In this document: positions 28,746 through 37,893 of the stretch, piece after piece
Position numbering within the stretch: position 1 is the first letter of the stretch
How the letters are laid out: each line of letters starts with the position of its first letter
Assembly (NCBI GenBank): GCA_965205485.1
Contig: OZ242180.1
Location: 4,928,001-4,992,000 of the forward strand
Reading direction: 5' to 3'
Length of the DNA stretch: 64,000 nt
Source: Candidatus Latescibacterota bacterium
Lineage (GTDB): Bacteria; Latescibacterota; UBA2968; GCA-2709665
Notes under the pieces: model-generated
What the model saw: the letters and a program-made list of their open reading frames with translations, nothing else
Told to the model about the DNA's origin: nothing
The model's database searches: none
Translations under genes and position numbers: made by a program

Positions 28746-29000
28746 ATGAGCAGGCAGTTGACGGCAGTTATCGAGTGCGTGGGTGATGGGTACGTCGCGC
28801 TCTGCCCAGAGCTGGACATCGCGAGCCAGGGAAAGACCGTAGCCGAATCCAGGGAAAACCTGAAGAAGGAATTGGCGTTGTTCCTGGACACGGCTTCTGT
28901 CGACGAAATCAACATCCGGCTGCGCGAGTAGATGCAGATGACACTGATGCCGGTGGCGGTTGGGTCTGCGCAAAGTTCTGGCTATCGGCCTGTGCAAAGA
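28746..29000 (+). pseudogene. hicB: Decayed hicB-hicA module
   Basis: MSRQLTAVIE..GDGYVALCPELDIASQGKTVAE..NL; premature TAG at 28929-28931 followed in frame by MQMTLMPVAVG; then a short HicA-like start (LRKVLAIGLC) cut by a family C repeat. Confidence 0.65.
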
Positions 29001-29172
29001 CGTACGAAACATGGATGCACAGGATAGGCAGGATTTAGGCCGAAGACAGTCCCCTGCCCGGATTCCGAGTGCCTCCTTCCCCCTCCTCCCCTACATTGTC
29101 CCGATCAGAGTAAATCGCAGTTCGATCGCACAATTGTCCTTTTCGACCTGTCGTTCGATTTTGAAAAATTCG

Positions 29173-29225
29173 TTGACAGGATTATTGTTTTTCTGTATGA
29201 TGACTATAGTTATAACTATAGTCAT
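29173..29225 (+). promoter_or_regulatory. Sigma70 promoter and palindromic operator of phd-vapC
   Basis: TTGACA (29173-29178), 17 nt spacer, TATGAT (29196-29201); perfect 26-bp palindrome ATGACTATAGTTATAACTATAGTCAT (29200-29225). Confidence 0.85.
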
Positions 29226-29245
29226 ATATCAATCGAGGGGAACGC

Positions 29246-29476
29246 ATGCAGACCATCTCAAAGAGCAAGTTGAAAGCACAAATGCTCCGTATCTTCCGGG
29301 AACTCGAGCGTTCAGGCGAAGAACTGATTGTCACGGATCGCGGTCGCCCGGTATTGCGTATTCAGCCTATTTTGCGAAAAAAGACCGTTGAAGAGGTCTT
29401 CGGCGCCATACGCGGCGACGTGACGTATAACGAAGACATCAATCTGCCAACCACCGATGAATGGGCGGACGCATAA
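29246..29476 (+). CDS. Phd/YefM family antitoxin
   Basis: ISKSKLKA...GEELIVTDRGRPV motif. Confidence 0.88.
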   Translation: MQTISKSKLKAQMLRIFRELERSGEELIVTDRGRPVLRIQPILRKKTVEEVFGAIRGDVTYNEDINLPTTDEWADA

Positions 29477-29856
29477 TGGTGCTGCTGGACACTTCGGCGC
29501 TTGTCTTCTGGACGCTGGATCGCGATCGGCTGTCTACGGCAGCGGCGCAGGCCATCTCCGATGCCGACAGGATTGTTCTAAGCGCCATCTCCATATGGGA
29601 AATCGGCATTAAAGTAACGAAAGAACAATTGGTTATCCCATTGACCGTTCGAGAATTCACTCGCAGACTGGAGCAGGTCGATCGCGTCGAAATCCTTCCC
29701 GTATGCGTCCGGACATGGATCAGGAACCTCGTACTCGATTGGGACCATCGCGATCCTGCCGATCGCACCATCGTCGCAACCGCCAGCCTCAACGCCTGCC
29801 CGATCGTGACATCCGATTCAAGAATTAAGGCCTTCTATCCGCAGACGATCTGGTAG
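29476..29856 (+). CDS. vapC: VapC/PIN domain toxin
   Basis: VLLDTSAL, SAISIWEI and HRDPADRTIVATA motifs; TAATG coupling to the antitoxin. Confidence 0.9.
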   Translation: MVLLDTSALVFWTLDRDRLSTAAAQAISDADRIVLSAISIWEIGIKVTKEQLVIPLTVREFTRRLEQVDRVEILPVCVRTWIRNLVLDWDHRDPADRTIVATASLNACPIVTSDSRIKAFYPQTIW

Positions 29857-30244
29857 TCCGGGATCGACGATACCCCCTACCCGCCCCCAGAAGCAAAAAC
29901 CTACTTTACATGGATGAACAGGATAGGCAGGATAAAGGCACGAGAGCACAAAAACGAAACTACTGAATATTGTCAGGCTCTTCTCTGATGACTCACATCC
30001 CGACCCGGAATTCGGTCGATTTCCGTTTCCCCGCATTTGCCATAATCCTGCTTAATTGTGTTCCAATCCTGCCAATCCTGGTATTGTATGGCCCTTCCAC
30101 GATGACTCACATCGCGGGCAAGAATTCAGTCGGTTTCCCTGTCCATGAATCTGCCTTAATCCTGCTTAATCCTGATCCAATCCTGCTTAATCCTGGTCGT
30201 TTTTGACTTTGCTCCCAACCCGACCGCAGAGTATATTGGGAACG

Positions 30245-30688
30245 ATGACGACCCGTGATTTCACCGCAACCACGTTCGTCGTTCAGGACGGCCGGACGTT
30301 GTTGCTGTTTCACAAACGGCTCAGGCTGTGGCTTCCGCCGGGCGGGCATATCGACGAGGACGAATTGCCGTGCGACGCGGCCGTGCGCGAGGTCCGTGAA
30401 GAGTGCGGTCTGGAGGTGAACCTGATTTCGCCCCGCTACCGCCTGGGCACGGTGGACGTATTAAGCCGCCCCGAGTGCATTCTCCTGGAACAGATTTCAG
30501 ACGACCACCAGCATATCGACCTGATCTATTTCGCGCGGGTGACGGGCGGCAGCCTCAAGGTGGCGGCCTCCGAGGCCGAGGGATACCGGTGGTGCGGCCC
30601 CGCGGACCTTGAGGACGAAACGATCGCGGAAGACATTCAGCGGCTGGGGAAGATGGCGATCGAGGCCGTCGCAAGCCGCGACGCGTAA
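30245..30688 (+). CDS. NUDIX hydrolase
   Basis: PGGHIDEDE...AAVREVREECG Nudix box. Confidence 0.9.
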   Translation: MTTRDFTATTFVVQDGRTLLLFHKRLRLWLPPGGHIDEDELPCDAAVREVREECGLEVNLISPRYRLGTVDVLSRPECILLEQISDDHQHIDLIYFARVTGGSLKVAASEAEGYRWCGPADLEDETIAEDIQRLGKMAIEAVASRDA

Positions 30689-30766
30689 TCGATGGATATG
30701 TGCCGATTGAGAATGCGCGATCGAGGGCGGTGACCGGGCCTCATCGAAGCATTCGAAAGGACCGAT

Positions 30767-31714
30767 ATGCCGTTGGCCAACGCGGTGGCGGGCAATATCC
30801 TGGAACTGATCGGCGATACGCCGATGGTCCGGCTGAACCGGATCGTGGAACCGGGCATGGCGGAGGTGGCCGTTAAAATCGAGGCCTCCAACCCCGTGGC
30901 CTCGGTAAAGGACCGGATCGCATTCGCCATGATCGACGCGGCCGAGCGGGACGGCAGCCTGAAACCGGGCATGACGATCGTCGAACCCACCAGCGGAAAT
31001 ACGGGTATCGGCCTGGCGCTGGTGGCCGCGGCGAGGGGATATCGCCTGGTCCTGACCATGCCGGATTCCATGAGCCGTGAGAGGCGTGACCTCTTGCAGA
31101 GCTTCGGGGCCGAGGTCGTGCTGACGCCGGGAGCGGCGGACATGCAGGGCGCCGTGGACGAGGCGATGCGCATCGCGCGGGAATCCCCCGGCGACACGTT
31201 CATGCCGCAGCAGTTCGCCAATCCCGCCAATCCCGAGGTGCACCGGTGCACAACAGCGAGGGAGATCCTGGATGCGGTGGAGGGGCGGCTGGACGCGTTC
31301 GTGGCCGGCGTGGGCACAGGCGGTACGATCACCGGCGTTGGCGAGATCCTGAAGGCGGAGTTGCCGGGACTGCTGGTGGTGGCGGTGGAACCCCAACGCT
31401 CCAGCGTGTTGTCCGGCGGCGCGCCGGGGGTTCACGACATCCAGGGCATCGGCGCGGGATTCATACCCGAGGTATTGAACAGGGAAATTTACGACCGCGT
31501 GATCTGCGCCACGGAGGCCGACGCGTTCGAGACCGCCAGACGCCTCGCGTCCGAAGAAGGCATCCTCAGCGGCATCTCGGCCGGCGCGAACGTCTGGGCC
31601 GCGCTCAAGGTCGCGGAGGAGTTGGGCGAAGGCCGGCGCGTTGCCACGGTGATCTGCGATTCGGCGGAACGATATTTCAGCGTGCCGGGGTTTATGGATC
31701 ACGAGAAACCGTAA
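30767..31714 (+). CDS. cysK: Cysteine synthase A
   Basis: SVKDRIA, EPTSGNTGIG, GVGTGGT and IQGIGAGFIP motifs. Confidence 0.93.
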   Translation: MPLANAVAGNILELIGDTPMVRLNRIVEPGMAEVAVKIEASNPVASVKDRIAFAMIDAAERDGSLKPGMTIVEPTSGNTGIGLALVAAARGYRLVLTMPDSMSRERRDLLQSFGAEVVLTPGAADMQGAVDEAMRIARESPGDTFMPQQFANPANPEVHRCTTAREILDAVEGRLDAFVAGVGTGGTITGVGEILKAELPGLLVVAVEPQRSSVLSGGAPGVHDIQGIGAGFIPEVLNREIYDRVICATEADAFETARRLASEEGILSGISAGANVWAALKVAEELGEGRRVATVICDSAERYFSVPGFMDHEKP

Positions 31715-31844
31715 ACACCGGCGCGGGAGACGGGCTGAGTTCGCCCTGATTGACGTGCAACCCGGTGAGTTCGTTTTTGGTACCCCTGTTGACAGATAAA
31801 CTGACCGTTGGAGACCGCCGGTCCCCCGGTGAAGGGAGCCCAGA

Positions 31845-32993
31845 ATGCCCAGAGAACCCGAACCCTCGTGGCGCGATGGCATGCGCAGCCTGCATCCCGA
31901 CGAATTCGAGAGCCTCGCCGAACTGGTCCACACCGTGTTCCGGCCCGGACTGGTCCAGGAATACCCGCACTTCTACACCCCGGCGCACGCCGGTGAAATG
32001 CGGGTGGTGGTGGTGGACGGCCGGGTCGTGTCCCACATCGGCGCGCTTCGGCGGAACGCATCCATCTTCGGATGCACGGTGCGCGCATCGTCCCTGGGCG
32101 GCGTGGCCACGTACGAAGAGCACCGCGGCAAGGGGTACGCAACCGCCCTGTTCGAAGACACGATGCGCGTCTGCCGGGAGGACGGCGTGGACTTCATGCT
32201 GGTCTCCGGCTATCGCAAGATGTACCACAGGTTCGGCTGCCGGTACGTGGGCCGCGACTGGGAGTTTTCCGTGTCCGCGGAAAGGGCCGGCGATTTCGAC
32301 GACTCCGGCGTGGACCTGATCGAGGCCTCCCCGGACGACGTGCCCGCGATGGCATCGGTTTACAGGGAGGAGCATGTGCGGTGGATGCGGCCGCCGTCAG
32401 ATTACGCCCACGCATTCGACGGGTTCGTCATGAACCGGCGCACGCTGGTGTTCAAAGTGTGTGAGGCTGGGATGATGCGCGGATACGTGATGGTGCAGCA
32501 TCCCAGCGCAATGGGAGACAGCATAAGCGTGCAGGAGGCGTCGGGAAACCGGCGGTGCCTGACCGGCGCGCTAGGAAAGATCATCCGGAAGCTGGATCTC
32601 CGGTCGCTCAACGTCCACGTCATGGGCTGCGACAGATGGTTCCAGGAATGCCTTCAGTCCAGGGGTCTCACCGGCACGCCGGCCAATGCATCGGGGACGG
32701 TCACGCTGATCAACTTTGAGCAGTTCATGGAGCGGATGCGCCCCTATTTCGCCGAAGTAATCGGTGAGACGGAGGCGCAGAGCCTGGTCTTCAGGCAGCA
32801 GGGAGACGAGATGATCTTCTCCTATGGCGGCGACCAGGTGGTGGCGCCTGACCAGGGGGCAGCGGTTCAATTGATATTCGGCACGCTCGAGGGCGCCGAA
32901 GAGGCCCTGCTGAAGTCGGGAGGTCGTGCGGGCGAGGTTCTGGCGGAGGTGTTCCCGATTCCCGCGCTGTGGTACGGCGTAAACTATCTGTAG
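31845..32993 (+). CDS. GNAT family N-acetyltransferase (Eis-like)
   Basis: LGGVATYEEHRGKGYA acetyl-CoA motif. Confidence 0.8.
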   Translation: MPREPEPSWRDGMRSLHPDEFESLAELVHTVFRPGLVQEYPHFYTPAHAGEMRVVVVDGRVVSHIGALRRNASIFGCTVRASSLGGVATYEEHRGKGYATALFEDTMRVCREDGVDFMLVSGYRKMYHRFGCRYVGRDWEFSVSAERAGDFDDSGVDLIEASPDDVPAMASVYREEHVRWMRPPSDYAHAFDGFVMNRRTLVFKVCEAGMMRGYVMVQHPSAMGDSISVQEASGNRRCLTGALGKIIRKLDLRSLNVHVMGCDRWFQECLQSRGLTGTPANASGTVTLINFEQFMERMRPYFAEVIGETEAQSLVFRQQGDEMIFSYGGDQVVAPDQGAAVQLIFGTLEGAEEALLKSGGRAGEVLAEVFPIPALWYGVNYL

Positions 32994-33127
32994 ACGCCAG
33001 AGACGAGGATCGGAATGATTCACGGCCCCGGTCTAAACACGACCGGGGCCGTTTACATGTTCCCGTCACGGGTTCACTCGAATCGCGGACCGGCGCCCGT
33101 GGGTGGGAATGGAAGGGTTGCCCGCGC

Positions 33128-33937
33128 TCAGGCGGTGGATACGGTCGGGCGCGCAGGGCGGTAAGGCGGCTCCAGTACGGCGCGCTGCCCGGGTGTGAAC
33201 TCGTCCAGTACTTCCGCCACACCCTCCGGCACGTGGACTCTCGAATAGGTCAGCGGCCCCGGCGAGTACTTGTACAGGATGGAACGGCGCTGGTGTTCTG
33301 CCGTCCAGGGCATCGTGCCGTGCGTGAGGGCTTCGGTGAAAATGACGGCCGAGCCGGCCTTTGCCTCCACCTGCCGCACCACGCCGATGTCTCTGTCCAG
33401 CAGGGCTACGCCCCGCGGCGTGGGATAGTTCGACTTGTGGCTCCCGGGTATGCACGAAAAACCGCCGTCTCCCGGTCCGCAGTCCGTGAACATCCAGGCG
33501 ACAACGGTAAGTCCGCAACGCATTCTTCCATTGTGGAACTGGTAGAAGTGGGTAAGGTCGTCCGTGGTTCCGCCGCCGTGCAGCACGTGTCCTTCCGTGC
33601 CCTTCCGCATGATGATGCCGTACACGTGGTCAAGGCGGAAACCCTCGCGCAGCAGTTCGTTGAGATACGGTACGATGTTCGGATGGGTCAGGAGGTCCCG
33701 GAAGGGCTGGCACCATGGCTTCGGCCAGGTCAGCATGCCACCCAGATCGCCGCGGCCCTGCTGGCCCCTGAGGGTGCTGGATTTCCCCGACAGGGATTGT
33801 TCTTCCGGCCGCTCGCGGATGCGGTCGGCGTTCCGGTCTATCGCTTCGTTGCACGCGTCAACTTCCTCGGACGAGAGGGCGTTTTCAACCACGAGATAGC
33901 CGTTGAGGTCGAAGAAATATCTCTCTTCGTCGTCCAT
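33128..33937 (-). CDS. Phytanoyl-CoA dioxygenase (PhyH) family protein
   Basis: YFFDLNGYLVV, IPGSHK, FTEALTHGT and RRSILYKY motifs. Confidence 0.88.
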   Translation of the reverse strand: MDDEERYFFDLNGYLVVENALSSEEVDACNEAIDRNADRIRERPEEQSLSGKSSTLRGQQGRGDLGGMLTWPKPWCQPFRDLLTHPNIVPYLNELLREGFRLDHVYGIIMRKGTEGHVLHGGGTTDDLTHFYQFHNGRMRCGLTVVAWMFTDCGPGDGGFSCIPGSHKSNYPTPRGVALLDRDIGVVRQVEAKAGSAVIFTEALTHGTMPWTAEHQRRSILYKYSPGPLTYSRVHVPEGVAEVLDEFTPGQRAVLEPPYRPARPTVSTA

Positions 33938-34019
33938 TGCGGTCTCCTTTTTCCGGATCGGAGGTAGAAAATCGTGTATAGGGAAGTAGAGGAAATATGG
34001 GAAGACGGTACCAGAAACG

Positions 34020-34820
34020 CGCGGAGACGGAAGACGTAGAGGTTAGAGATGACCCGCCTCGTTTGAATTCAATCACGGGCATAATTCGGCTTTCTTCTTT
34101 TGGCCGGAGGCATAAAGGCAGACCACGGGTTTTTGCCTGCGACCATCCTCCACGATTTTATACAACACATTATTTTTCTTTTAGTTACGCCCTTTTTCTT
34201 TCTCGCCAAAGAAAAAGGGCCAAAAAGAACGGCGCCCCTCGGCGGGGGGCCGGTTTTTCCGTGAATCACCCCAGAGGTGAAAACGGGAATTGAGTGGCCT
34301 ACCAATCCTTCAGGAGTACCAATCCAAATTCGATGGACGGATAAGCACGGAAAAACCCCCCACGCCACCGGACACGCTGCCTGTGAATTTGTAGGGTCAA
34401 CCCTTGTGGTTGCCCACGTGGCGGTGGGGATATCTGTGATTGCCGACGATTTTCTCAAACATGAACCGCTTTTGCTGACTGCTGATGGCTGATAGCTCCT
34501 CACTGACGGAATACCAATGCATCGACACTCGAAATGCCATCCAAGAGCACTTCCAAAGCAGAGCGCGCGGTTCCCTCCAGCACCTGATCCTGATATATCC
34601 TCTTTCGCATGCAGGGCAAGGGATCACGTGTATCCCGTGAGGCAATTCGCGCTATGCATATGGCAGGCCCCGCGCCCAGCGGCGACTTTTGGTTCCTTTT
34701 GGTCGCTTCAAAAGGAACACGCCGTAGGCAGGGAATTTGGGGAGATGTGGACTTTGAATTCGGTTTCCGCATTTTGCTTTACGTTTCTTGCTGATGGCTG
34801 ACCACTGAAATCTGATGGCT
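34020..34820 (+). repeat. Mosaic intergenic repeat element, copy 3
   Basis: Degenerate module A, module B (34173-34362), GCTGA heptamers, and GGAACACGCCGTAGGCAGGGAATTTGGGGAGAT shared with 16164 and 16631. Confidence 0.8.
34391..34415 (+). repeat. GTAG-type REP sequence
   Basis: GTAG followed by the imperfect palindrome GGTCAACC-CTTGT-GGTTGCCC. Confidence 0.6.
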
Positions 34821-34858
34821 CTGTATAAAGGGGCTGAGAGGAGAACCTTCCATTTCGT

Positions 34859-35131
34859 TTACGTACGCGATACGCCGAGGATTTCGTTCAGTTCTTCCGT
34901 CATATCCGCGGGGATGTCCACGTTCGCGCCTGTTTCGTACTGGCGCCTCCAGTTCGCCATGTGGGACTCGCCAATCTGGACGGAGATCGGTTCTCCTCCG
35001 GGCCAACGCGTGAACGGGGGGCGCTTCACCCTTCCCGCATTCAGCGCCCGCTGGATGCAATTCAGAATGCGCTCGTTGGAAAGATCGCACTGAAAACCTC
35101 GGTAGGCGACCTGTACTGGCGTGATGTCCAT
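34859..35131 (-). CDS. Hypothetical protein (90 aa)
   Basis: ORF with host-like codon usage; no recognised motif. Confidence 0.55.
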   Translation of the reverse strand: MDITPVQVAYRGFQCDLSNERILNCIQRALNAGRVKRPPFTRWPGGEPISVQIGESHMANWRRQYETGANVDIPADMTEELNEILGVSRT

Positions 35132-35445
35132 GAAGGCGGTTTCCGTCAGTTCGTCGGATTGTAACATACGGAGTCTGTCGAATCCTCGTGTGGCAGAAGA
35201 TAGCTCCGCGCATTTTCGCAATCAAGGAAATTGTGTGCCGTAACGGATTCGCGCACGCTCCTGAATCGTCGACGGGGCCCGCGCGGGCTGCGCCGGTTCC
35301 GGTTGACACCCCGGAGCACGGAGGCGTATACTGCACACCGATCGAACGGTGGCTCAAATCGTGGCAACAACACGAATCCCGCGATGCCGTCCGGCAGAAG
35401 TCCGCGGGGTGGAACACCCATCAACCATGGCGAAAGGGTTGCACT

Positions 35446-36384
35446 ATGGCGCTAGTCGGCAGCGGCGAGTACCGGTATGAAGAACGAACCGATTGGGCGC
35501 GTCTGCCCGACGGATGGCGGTTCAAGGAGGTGGTGGACGTTGCTGTGGACTCCGAGGACCGGGTTTACGTGTTCAACAGGGGTGAGCATCCAGTCATCGT
35601 GTTCGACCGGGACGGGCAATACCTCGAATCATGGGGAGAGGGCCTGTTCGTGCGACCCCACGGCCTGACGCTGGGGCCCGACGGCATGCTGTACTGCGTG
35701 GACGACCAGGGGCACTGTGTCCGAAAGTGCACGCTGGAAGGGGAGGTGCTGATGGTCATCGGTACCCCCGGCGAGGGCGCCCCGGCCCAGAGCGGGCGCC
35801 CGTTCAACCAGCCCACCAAGGTCGCCTTCGATCCGACCAACGGAGATCTCTATATCTCGGACGGTTACGGCAACGCGCGGGTGCACAGGTACTCCTCTAC
35901 AGGCGAACACCTTTCCTCCTGGGGAGACTACGGGACGGATCCGGGTCAGTTCAACCTGGTGCACAGCGTCTGTACGGACAGCCGCGGCTCAGTCTACATC
36001 GCCGACCGCGAGAACCACCGCGTGCAGGTATTCGACGGGGAAGGCAACTATCTCACACAGTGGAACAATCTCCACCGTCCCTGCGGTCTGCATATCGACG
36101 GCGACCTCGTCTACATCGGACAACTGCCCACGCAGCTCGAGGTCAACGAGACCTATCCCAACGTGGGCTCGTGCGTGAGCATTCACGACCTTACCGGCAA
36201 ACGCCTCGCCCGCCTGGGCGACCCGCGGGCCGGCGAGGGTCCGGGGCAGTTCACGGCGCCGCACGGTGTGGGTGTGGACTCGCGAGGGGACATCTACGTC
36301 GGTGAGGTGTCCTGGAGCGCGTTCGGCTCGCAGCAGGATCCGCCCAGAGAAATGCGCAGTTTCCGCAAACTGGTGCGCGTTTGA
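35446..36384 (+). CDS. NHL-repeat protein, peptidyl-alpha-hydroxyglycine alpha-amidating lyase family
   Basis: FVRPHG, YISDGYGNARVH, IADRENHRVQVF and FTAPHG repeats. Confidence 0.88.
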   Translation: MALVGSGEYRYEERTDWARLPDGWRFKEVVDVAVDSEDRVYVFNRGEHPVIVFDRDGQYLESWGEGLFVRPHGLTLGPDGMLYCVDDQGHCVRKCTLEGEVLMVIGTPGEGAPAQSGRPFNQPTKVAFDPTNGDLYISDGYGNARVHRYSSTGEHLSSWGDYGTDPGQFNLVHSVCTDSRGSVYIADRENHRVQVFDGEGNYLTQWNNLHRPCGLHIDGDLVYIGQLPTQLEVNETYPNVGSCVSIHDLTGKRLARLGDPRAGEGPGQFTAPHGVGVDSRGDIYVGEVSWSAFGSQQDPPREMRSFRKLVRV

Positions 36385-36402
36385 CGCCGGTCGTCGACCT
36401 AA

Positions 36403-36562
36403 CAGCCCGTTGAAAAAGCCCATCCGGGCTGCGGCCGGCCCTTGCGGTCGATATACTGCGTAGCGCTCCCTCGCCGAATCGCAGGATGGGACTCGGTTGC
36501 GCGCCTTGTCTTCGACCTCAATGGCTCGGCCTCGCCTGCAGAGCGTCTTTATCAACGGACTG
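36403..36562 (+). mobile_element. 160-bp MITE-like element, copy 1
   Basis: Terminal inverted repeats CAGCCCGTTGAAAAA / TTTATCAACGGACTG; second copy inverted at 54586-54745. Confidence 0.85.
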
Positions 36563-36576
36563 CTTACGGCCCGCCC

Positions 36577-37893
36577 ATGCCGATCGTGATCAAATCGAAG
36601 CTGCTCATCGTCGATCCGGAAGAGGCGCCCGTACCCGGAGGGATCGCAATCGTCGACGGCGAGCGCATTCTCGGCGCGGGCGCGCCGGCAACCCTGAGCG
36701 TGGATCCTGCGTGGGAGACGCTGGACTGGTCCTCCTGGACGGTGATGCCCGCCCTGATCGACGCCCATGCCCACATTACGGCCAACAACCGGTTCCGCGT
36801 ACCGCTGAACGTACACTTCAAACTGGATACCGCAACCGCGGTCCTTCGGGGGGCGATGAACCTTCGGAGCGACCTCGCCGCGGGCGTCACCACGATGCGG
36901 ACGCTTGGAGACCGTGAGGACGTCGAAAAGCCGTTCCAGGAGGCGATCGAACGAAAAGAGGCGGTGGGCCCCCGTCTCAAGGTGTGTGTGCGGGCGCTGC
37001 GTCCAGGCCATGGGACAGCGCCCTTTCTGTCCTTTCCGGCCGATGGCGCAACGGAACTGAGGTCCCGGATACGGGAGAACGCTTCGCGTGGCGCGGACTG
37101 GACCAAACTGTTCATCACCAACGTGAGAGACGGCGATACCTTTGAGGACTACCTCCGCGGAGACCTGACGGACATCGCGGCTTATTCGAGGGAAGAGATC
37201 GTGGCGGCGATCGGCGTCTCGCACGACCTGGGGGTTCCGGTTGCCGCGCACGCAATCGGCGGCCCGGCGATGCGGTGGGCGATGGAGGCCGGGATCGACA
37301 GCATCGAACACGCCAATCTGCTCGAGGCGGAAGACGTCGACCTGTTCGTGAAGTCCGGCGCTTACTTGAGCGATCCCAACCTTCAACTGTTCTTTGACCC
37401 GGAGGTCGGATTCGAGTCCTTCGAAACCTGGCGCATGGACTGGTGGCGGAGGCGGGTCGAGCGCGCCAGGAAACGCACGGCGCGTCACCTGCCGGAAGCC
37501 CTTCGGGCCGGGGTGAAGGTCTGCCTGGGGACGGACAGCACCCACGCGACGTTGTGGCGGGAAGCTCGAGCGCTCGCGGACCTGGGCGTTTCGTCTGTGG
37601 ACGCGATCCGGGCTGTGACGACGAATACCGCGGAGATGCTGGGTGTGGCGGACCGGCTGGGCCGCCTCGCGCCGGGCTATCTGGCCGACGTGATCGCCGT
37701 GGACGGAAACCCCCTCGAGGACGTGGCCTGTCTGAGGCGGGTTCGAGGCGTGATGAAGGCCGGCGAATCGGTTGAAAACCTCCTGTCCGGGGCGAGCGAG
37801 GTCTTCAGCGATCGGACGGAAGGAGGCGTTCCGGTCGCCCTCGAGGCACCGCGCATCAAGCCGAACCGATTACTCGGATACGCCGGCGATTGA
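36577..37893 (+). CDS. Metal-dependent amidohydrolase (imidazolonepropionase/prolidase-like)
   Basis: PALIDAHAH, VAAHAIG, SIEHA, GTDS and ADVIAVDGNPL motifs. Confidence 0.85.
   Translation: MPIVIKSKLLIVDPEEAPVPGGIAIVDGERILGAGAPATLSVDPAWETLDWSSWTVMPALIDAHAHITANNRFRVPLNVHFKLDTATAVLRGAMNLRSDLAAGVTTMRTLGDREDVEKPFQEAIERKEAVGPRLKVCVRALRPGHGTAPFLSFPADGATELRSRIRENASRGADWTKLFITNVRDGDTFEDYLRGDLTDIAAYSREEIVAAIGVSHDLGVPVAAHAIGGPAMRWAMEAGIDSIEHANLLEAEDVDLFVKSGAYLSDPNLQLFFDPEVGFESFETWRMDWWRRRVERARKRTARHLPEALRAGVKVCLGTDSTHATLWREARALADLGVSSVDAIRAVTTNTAEMLGVADRLGRLAPGYLADVIAVDGNPLEDVACLRRVRGVMKAGESVENLLSGASEVFSDRTEGGVPVALEAPRIKPNRLLGYAGD

Larger units (their letters stand above)
23777..30197. repeat. Dispersed repeat family C (ACATGGATGAACAGGATAGGCAGGATAAA and inverse copies)
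   Basis: Forward copies at 23777, 25034, 28431, 29008 and 29908; inverse copies at 24202, 24353 and 28526; AATCCTG variants at 30044-30197. Confidence 0.85.

Noticed and set aside
23777..30197. Family C repeats as a CRISPR array
   Set aside because: Irregular spacing of hundreds to thousands of bp, both orientations, no cas genes
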